Assembly: GCA_016182915.1 (NCBI GenBank)
Contig: JACPFP010000003.1
Span: 187,685 to 251,684, forward strand
DNA: 64,000 nt
Origin: Candidatus Dojkabacteria bacterium
Lineage (GTDB): Bacteria > Patescibacteriota > Dojkabacteria > SC72
Reading direction: 5' to 3'
The position numbers and the translations under genes were made by a program. Numbering within the stretch: the first letter of the stretch is position 1; each line of letters begins with the position of its first letter. Under the pieces are notes generated by a model. That model did no database searches and was not told where the DNA came from. It worked only from the letters and a program-made list of their open reading frames with translations. Shown in pieces: positions 58,533 to 64,000 of the stretch.

Positions 58533-59064
58533 AGAGATTTAAGGCATTAGTTACTATATTCTTTATGGTATCCATATTTGCATAGTGGTGATCGTTATTA
58601 GGCTCATTTACACATTCGTATTCTTTCACCACTATAACTCCTCCTTCAATAGCTTTTAAATCCGTAAAACTGCAGTATGGATCAGATCTTTTTTGATATA
58701 TCCAAACAGGAAAGTTCACTTTCAAACTAAGTTCATTGAGATTATAACCCGACTCTTTTGCTGTATTTAGGGGTACTCCGACCATTACAGCAAACTTTGG
58801 AAGGTTACTAAGTTTTGAGACCGAATTGAACGTTATTACAGACCCGATTGATTTGGCAAATATACAGTAATCTCCGTTAATTCCACCTACAAGTTCTACT
58901 AGCTTCTCTGTTTCTTTTTCAACATCAGCACTATTTCCTCCAATATCCCAATGAGAGTAGTGAATAACATCGGGGGTAAGGCCGTGTGATTTTAAACTCA
59001 CACCAACTTCCTCAATCCACGACCTATTATTCAGACTCTGTCCACTAAGAAGAATGACTTTCAT
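58522..59064 (-). CDS. alpha/beta hydrolase-like protein
   Basis: AKSIGS, DP, HHY triad pattern. Confidence 0.7.
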   Translation of the reverse strand: MKVILLSGQSLNNRSWIEEVGVSLKSHGLTPDVIHYSHWDIGGNSADVEKETEKLVELVGGINGDYCIFAKSIGSVITFNSVSKLSNLPKFAVMVGVPLNTAKESGYNLNELSLKVNFPVWIYQKRSDPYCSFTDLKAIEGGVIVVKEYECVNEPNNDHHYANMDTIKNIVTNALNLSKP

Positions 59065-59111
59065 AGGATTAATCTAAGATTATAACTCAGTATATCACTC
59101 AGGAAAATTGA

Positions 59112-59492
59112 TTAGAACAGTTTTATTAGTTCCTCTAGAAAACTCTGAAACTCAGTAGATACTAATTCAGTTCTATACAAAGCAATAATCCTAAGTTTCG
59201 CTAGATTGCTTCTAATTTCGCCAGGCAAACAAATAATCTTATCCATAATTCCTTCTGCACTAATCTCTGAAAGAGGAGTTATTTTATCTGGAATACATAG
59301 GAAATAACTTTTAGCACCAGGCAAAACAGTTTGCGGATTGGTAATACTAACAAAACCATATAAACCAGCTCCAGTATTATCCATGTCATATTCACCTAAA
59401 GCAATAGCTCCATCATGGAATGTTACACAAACAGGGGTTCCATTGCTTATTACTCCCTCCACTTCTGTTGCCGGGATTCCACCTGCTACCAT
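59112..59492 (-). CDS. hypothetical protein (start uncertain)
   Basis: 126-aa ORF; no motif recognised. Confidence 0.5.
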   Translation of the reverse strand: MVAGGIPATEVEGVISNGTPVCVTFHDGAIALGEYDMDNTGAGLYGFVSITNPQTVLPGAKSYFLCIPDKITPLSEISAEGIMDKIICLPGEIRSNLAKLRIIALYRTELVSTEFQSFLEELIKLF

Positions 59493-59713
59493 ACAAAATG
59501 ATATTCAAATATTACTTTCCATATTCTATTCTTTTCTCCCATAAATGTAAATGGCTATAGGCTGTATTATCTATTTATCAACTTTAGTGGTATAATGGGT
59601 ACTTGTAACATGTAGATGAAACGAAATAGTTAAGAGAAACCGCTCTGTGACACCATTATTTATTTTCGCTTCCCTATGTAGTAACGATAATAATATTTTT
59701 AAGCACTTATTTT

Positions 59714-60910
59714 ATGATGAACAATTTTAGAAGAAGAGGAAGAACTTCATACCCGAGATCGTACGGAGGTAGAGGATATGGTGGAGGAAGAAATAACAGT
59801 AGAGGTGGCTCTGGAATCAGGGTTGATCAGTTAATTGCAAAAGCAGTATATGAGGACCTTCCAAGTATCTACGAAACAGACAAGAACATATTAGATTTTG
59901 ATTTAGCAGAACAGCTAAAGGATAATATTGCATTTAAGAAGTATACAACTCCAACCAAGATTCAATACCAGGCTATCCCACATATACTCGCCGGAAAGGA
60001 TATTCTCGGACTTGCAAGTACTGGATCGGGTAAGACAGCAGCATTCCTAATCCCTATGGTTAACAAAGGAATTAGAGATAGATCACAAAGATTCCTTATA
60101 GTTGTACCAACAAGAGAGCTTGCACTTCAGATTCAGGATGAATTCTACCAGTTAGCACATAATACAGGTCTAAGATCTGTATTAATTATTGGTGGAAATA
60201 GTATCCACGTACAAATGGATATATTAAGAAGAAATCCTGCCTTCATAATTGCAACTCCAGGAAGATTGAAAGATATCTCAGAGAGAAGAGCAATCAGATT
60301 AGATAGTATTAATAACGTTGTTTTAGATGAGGTAGATAGAATGCTAGATATGGGTTTCATTGATGATATTAGATATATCACCAATAAATTAAACCCAGAT
60401 AGACAGTCACTATTCTTCTCCGCAACAATGAATAAAAAGGCTGAAGATATATCAAGAACTCTCCTTAGAGAACCAGTAAAGGTTGAAGTTGAGAAACAGT
60501 CACCAGGAAAGAATGTAGATCAGGATGTAATTAGAGTCCCAAGAGGAGATAGTAAGATTGATGTTCTTGCAGATCTAATCAAGAAAGAAGAGTTCAAAAA
60601 AGTTCTCGTCTTTACAAGAACCAAGAGAGAAGCAGAGAAACTAACCAGAGAGTTAACCCTCAAAGGAATAAAGGTTGATGCCCTACATGGTGATAAGAGA
60701 CAGGCTCAAAGGACAAGAATTATAACGGCATTCAAGAATGACTACCTTAAGGTACTCATCGCTACAGATGTTGCTTCAAGAGGTCTTGATGTTAACAACA
60801 TTACCCATGTTATCAACTTTGATATCCCTCAAACATATGAGGATTATATTCATAGGATTGGTAGAACAGGTAGAGCAGGAAAGAAGGGAATTGCAATTAC
60901 ATTCGTGTAA
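59714..60910 (+). CDS. DEAD-box RNA helicase (RhlE-like)
   Basis: Q motif, TGSGKT, PTRELA, TPGRL, DEVD, SAT, HRIGRTGR; RGG-rich N-terminus. Confidence 0.95.
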   Translation: MMNNFRRRGRTSYPRSYGGRGYGGGRNNSRGGSGIRVDQLIAKAVYEDLPSIYETDKNILDFDLAEQLKDNIAFKKYTTPTKIQYQAIPHILAGKDILGLASTGSGKTAAFLIPMVNKGIRDRSQRFLIVVPTRELALQIQDEFYQLAHNTGLRSVLIIGGNSIHVQMDILRRNPAFIIATPGRLKDISERRAIRLDSINNVVLDEVDRMLDMGFIDDIRYITNKLNPDRQSLFFSATMNKKAEDISRTLLREPVKVEVEKQSPGKNVDQDVIRVPRGDSKIDVLADLIKKEEFKKVLVFTRTKREAEKLTRELTLKGIKVDALHGDKRQAQRTRIITAFKNDYLKVLIATDVASRGLDVNNITHVINFDIPQTYEDYIHRIGRTGRAGKKGIAITFV

Positions 60911-60920
60911 TAATATCCGT

Positions 60921-61331
60921 CTATTTCTCAATGATCAGGAATTCTCTAGTATAGTACTGCATATTCATAAGCGTTTGCTCGTCTATACCTAACACATGGA
61001 GATACTTCTCCTTAAGTGATTCAAATATTCCTATATCGTTATGTAGGATCAAATTACTATGGTTATTTACCTTAGAAATTTCGAATGGATAATCAAGGGA
61101 TAGAAGTTTAAGAGAAATGAGGTTCTCTAAATCTAACTCTGGATTTACGACTCTCTCCCCTACACTTCCTGATTTAAGGATCCTAACTCCAAGCTGGAGA
61201 TCTCGGCCATCGAGATGAAGCTGTGTTTTTTTATGAAGGAGATTTACATGTGTAAATCTATCGCCAACATTTAGCTTCTTAATCTTTTCGAATTCTGAAT
61301 CAGTTAATCTGACATATATAGGTTCCATCAT
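60921..61331 (-). CDS. hypothetical protein
   Basis: 136-aa ORF. Confidence 0.55.
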   Translation of the reverse strand: MMEPIYVRLTDSEFEKIKKLNVGDRFTHVNLLHKKTQLHLDGRDLQLGVRILKSGSVGERVVNPELDLENLISLKLLSLDYPFEISKVNNHSNLILHNDIGIFESLKEKYLHVLGIDEQTLMNMQYYTREFLIIEK

Positions 61332-61381
61332 AGTATAAATATACCATGGGACAGATCAAGGAGATTAGAAAGGGGAAAGAT

Positions 61382-62254
61382 CTAGTTAAAACCGTTTATC
61401 TGTTTCTCTAGAAAGAGATTAATGAGTTTCTTAAAGAGGTTTTTATTATTCATGTACTGATCGAAGATAATATGTTCTATATTTGCATTCTCAGCAAATT
61501 CTGAGTCTACCTCTGAATCTCCGAAGTATATGAACTGTTCCGCAGGAATACCAGATCTATTTATAATATCTATCAAACAGTATGGATTAGGCTTTTTATA
61601 CCCCGCATCTACACAAGACACAACCTCATCAAAGTATGGGAGTATCTTATTGGACTCTAGAACATCAATCATCAAACTCTTTGTCCTATTTGTACATACG
61701 TATAATTTCTTTCCACTTGATTTAAGGAATTCAAGAATTTCGACAACTCCATCAAAAATCTGTAGCTTATCTATGTTCTCCTGCTGAATTATATGATCCT
61801 GACGCATTAGTTCCTTGATATCTGCTTTTACATTAACTTTCTTGAGGATAAATTTGTATAGATCTTCAATTGCTCTTCCCTTAATACTTTCATGGAGTTC
61901 ACAAACAAGGTCGAAGTTCACAGAGGGCTCATAAGCTGTTATAACCCTAGCTATTGTCTCACCACAGAACTGCCTTCCATCAACAAGAGTATCATCTAGG
62001 TCAAACACAAACGCATTCTTAGTTCCAGAAGGCCTAGTACTCAAAGTACTATCTCCGCCATCAAAGAAATATGCAACTGGTTTTCCTAATACTTTGGAAA
62101 CTTTCTCTAGCTGAGGGATTGAAACCTGGCTGATACCAAGTTCATAGCGACTAATCATAATTTCAGTACATCCAATCTTTTCGGAAAGGGACTTCTGAGT
62201 TATGCCTTTTTCTGTACGTAAATCTTTAATTTTCTTACCAATTGTACTTTCCAC
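61382..62254 (-). CDS. XRE-family HTH fused to HAD phosphatase
   Basis: IKDLR..KGITQ..L....SRYE HTH; FDLDDTL, CTN, KPNP, GDSEVD; GTG start 62254 after TATACT. Confidence 0.88.
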   Translation of the reverse strand: MESTIGKKIKDLRTEKGITQKSLSEKIGCTEIMISRYELGISQVSIPQLEKVSKVLGKPVAYFFDGGDSTLSTRPSGTKNAFVFDLDDTLVDGRQFCGETIARVITAYEPSVNFDLVCELHESIKGRAIEDLYKFILKKVNVKADIKELMRQDHIIQQENIDKLQIFDGVVEILEFLKSSGKKLYVCTNRTKSLMIDVLESNKILPYFDEVVSCVDAGYKKPNPYCLIDIINRSGIPAEQFIYFGDSEVDSEFAENANIEHIIFDQYMNNKNLFKKLINLFLEKQINGFN

Positions 62255-62303
62255 GAGGGAGAGTATACATCCGGGTACTAGAGGAGTCAAGAGATATAAA
62301 GAA

Positions 62304-63656
62304 CTATTTTAGGAGTGAAAATATGAGCTCTTTTAATCTTTCCTTACCATGGAATCTATCTCCAATTGCAAAATTATTAAGACTTACTTTATTAAATTGA
62401 TACGAAAATATCTCTCTAAGTAGTCCCCGAACTGTTTCCTCGATTATTTCGGGATCTACAAATTTTAACCCTGTCCGCTCATCAACAGCACACTCTCCTC
62501 CAAGTGAGAAAACTTTATAACCCTCAGGACCGATATCGGATTTGTAAACGGGGTATTCAAAAACAACAATTGGTTTCCTGGCAAATATAGCCTCTACAAA
62601 CTGATTACCCCACCCTTCCCATGTACTTGTATAGGTAACAATATCTGATATTGCATAAAAGTCCCACAAACTGTAGTATTTTCTCCCTTCCAGAATTTCA
62701 CGAGAGGCTTTACATATATCTCCCGCATAAACGACTTTAACCCCTTTATACTGGCAATATTCTTTTAGCTTCAGGAAATATCCCATTGAGGCGGGCTCAA
62801 CATAACCTGGCAAAATAAACACAATATCTGAATCCTTTGAAAACACTTTTCCGTTATATAGAGTCCTCCCCCAATACAACTCCTGATTATCATATATAGA
62901 TTTAACAACTTGAAAAGCAATCTCTATCGCCTTTCTTTCAACTATTCTCGTCGCGTGAAGTATTATCAAATCAGAATCCTTAACTCCTAACTCCCTTTCA
63001 AGATCCCTATTATAATCGTCTCTTTTCCATTCGGACTGTTGAAAATCAAACGTATCTGGAAAAACTGTCGACTCTAAATCAAATTCCTCCTTAAGCTTAC
63101 TCTTCATAATACTGTTGATTACAACATGCTCAATACCAGGATCCTTTGGAGGTACATAAGTAGAGATGAAATCTTTAACTGCCCTGTGCGGAGTCATATA
63201 TAGATTACCATACGACGACCAGAAGTCATGATTGTAAGAGATAATTTTAGTTTTGGTCTTTTTAAAAAACATATAAAATGATTTTGCAGCAGATATATGT
63301 CGACCATGTGAAAATATATTGTGGACAAAAAGATAGTCAAATTTCTCAATCTTGCTTATCTCCAAAAGCTTTTCGTAGATTTTATTAGCAACAGAATCAA
63401 TTGCTGACATAAGTTCTTGCTCATTTCTATAGTCAACAATTGGACCAAATGAATTTTCTTTGATTTTAACAACTTCAGGTAGATTGAAATCTAACTCGGG
63501 AATAACATAATCAACTTTCGGAGACTCTACCCCGGCTATCCTAGAGACTTTATGTCCCATCTGAGAAAGAAGGTTTGCTCTTTTTTCTATTTCTAAAGAT
63601 ACCCCGTCTGTATCTCCAATTTTATAATGACAAATACCAATATTTAATTTTTTCAA
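62304..63656 (-). CDS. glycosyltransferase family 4 (mannosylglucosylglycerate-synthase-like)
   Basis: TDGVSLE, HDF, TRIVERKAIE, EGWGNQFVEA. Confidence 0.82.
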   Translation of the reverse strand: MKKLNIGICHYKIGDTDGVSLEIEKRANLLSQMGHKVSRIAGVESPKVDYVIPELDFNLPEVVKIKENSFGPIVDYRNEQELMSAIDSVANKIYEKLLEISKIEKFDYLFVHNIFSHGRHISAAKSFYMFFKKTKTKIISYNHDFWSSYGNLYMTPHRAVKDFISTYVPPKDPGIEHVVINSIMKSKLKEEFDLESTVFPDTFDFQQSEWKRDDYNRDLERELGVKDSDLIILHATRIVERKAIEIAFQVVKSIYDNQELYWGRTLYNGKVFSKDSDIVFILPGYVEPASMGYFLKLKEYCQYKGVKVVYAGDICKASREILEGRKYYSLWDFYAISDIVTYTSTWEGWGNQFVEAIFARKPIVVFEYPVYKSDIGPEGYKVFSLGGECAVDERTGLKFVDPEIIEETVRGLLREIFSYQFNKVSLNNFAIGDRFHGKERLKELIFSLLK

Positions 63657-63668
63657 ACTCTTGCAGAG

Positions 63669-64000
63669 CTATTTAAGATAAGAGACTCTCTCAATCACCT
63701 GATTTAGAAGGTTATCATACCCCAACCCGTAGTAATCCATCTGGAAATCATAAATTTTAGCGTTTATCATTCTTGCTACCTCGAAGTTTTTGTTAAAGCT
63801 CTCAATGGACTTGTCCTCAGTAATTAATTGGTAAGAATAGTTTCGATTTGGATATAGTGAGGTAAAGAAATCTGGGTACGACTCACCATATAGGTACCCC
63901 CTCCTTAACTCAAAATCGTCCCAGACGTTAGGTATATTCCTTACTAAAATCTGTGAAAAGCTCTTCCCTTTAGGATTAAATAAATCATTAACTCCTTCAA
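63669..64000 (-). CDS. hypothetical protein, C-terminal part (start outside window)
   Basis: Open frame ..EGVNDLFNPK...VIERVSYLK* ending 12 nt before the GT4 start. Confidence 0.7.
   Translation of the reverse strand, partial: EGVNDLFNPKGKSFSQILVRNIPNVWDDFELRRGYLYGESYPDFFTSLYPNRNYSYQLITEDKSIESFNKNFEVARMINAKIYDFQMDYYGLGYDNLLNQVIERVSYLK

Noticed and set aside
59493-59545. Possible upstream extension or frameshift of the 59112-59492 ORF
   Set aside because: In-frame TGA and no homology evidence available to decide

Overview
AT-rich bacterial chromosome segment read with genetic code 11. Gene content (form II/III-like RuBisCO, TsaC-TsaE fusion, divergent enolase, many short orphans, pervasive leaderless genes) suggests a Patescibacteria/CPR genome, possibly Dojkabacteria (inference). 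It holds about 65 CDS, three tRNAs (Val-TAC, Leu-GAG, Asp-GTC) and no CRISPR array, rRNA or recognisable transposase/integrase. Main non-obvious signals: (1) both NYN-domain ribonuclease genes, 50 kb apart, overlap at their 3' ends a convergent promoter-driven ~55-nt structured RNA starting ATCAYGA, a candidate nuclease/small-RNA module; (2) a 5.5-kb islet bounded by a duplicated tRNA-Asp 3' end carries an archaeal-type, editing-less ThrRS behind a Thr-rich leader-peptide attenuator; (3) the same attenuator scaffold precedes an SDR-HD-lactonase-ATP-grasp operon; (4) two unannotated Lys/Arg-rich micro-peptides lie next to a structured RNA; (5) a glycosyltransferase/kinase/HAD/NUDIX cluster; (6) a secreted-protein gene is broken exactly at a 20-bp perfect palindrome. 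All calls are from reading motifs by eye; no searches were run.
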